Virus record (IMG/VR): IMGVR_UViG_3300025608_000549
Location: 1 to 54,156 of that record
Origin: a virus
Taxonomy: Duplodnaviria > Caudoviricetes
Length of the DNA stretch: 54,156 nucleotides
Direction: 5' to 3' (one strand)
A model generated the notes under the pieces. It worked only from the letters and a program-made list of their open reading frames with translations, ran no database searches and had not been told where the DNA came from. The first letter of the stretch is position 1. Every line of letters starts with the position of its first letter. Shown here piece by piece: positions 54,156 to 54,156 of this stretch. The translations under genes and the position numbers were made by a program.

Positions 54156-54156
54156 T

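Noticed and set aside
1-54156. Stop-codon reassignment, as in some large phages
   Set aside because: Genes are full length and densely tiled in code 11; TAG (275, 21859) and TGA both end genes at sensible positions
1-54156. tRNA, rRNA, CRISPR array, integrase or transposase
   Set aside because: Intergenic gaps are short; no cloverleaf, repeat-spacer pattern or recombinase motifs seen by eye

Overview
A 54 kb AT-rich segment of a large (probably jumbo) T4-like myovirus that infects a Gram-negative host, read in the standard genetic code. It uses T4-style late promoters (core TAAATA) and sigma70-type TTGACA-N17-TATAAT promoters. From left to right: (i) a partial 7Fe ferredoxin and phoH; (ii) a lysis cassette (GH19 endolysin, i/o-spanins, holin-like protein with an EF-hand loop); (iii) DnaJ, peptide deformylase and ClpA; (iv) about 11 genes with capsid-targeting-like N-termini and recurring xxE sites, probably protease-processed head cargo; (v) DsbA-like protein, family B DNA polymerase and sliding clamp; (vi) a 7-deazaguanine DNA-modification locus (TGT/DpdA-like, QueD-paralogue/DpdL-like, GT-B glycosyltransferase, FolE, QueE; no QueC or canonical QueD in the window), interspersed with PRTase, HIT, cupin and SGNH genes, then an MBD4-like glycosylase, RNase H and ThyX; (vii) on the minus strand, a radical SAM protein and four glycosyltransferases downstream of five paralogous tail fibre/baseplate genes, with a 2OG-Fe(II) oxygenase among them. 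Best candidate for an undescribed system: replisome-tethered, possibly glycosylated deazaguanine modification, since the DpdA-like enzyme carries nearly the same NTFNxLFD peptide as the polymerase C-terminus. All functional calls come from motifs recognised by eye; no database searches were run.
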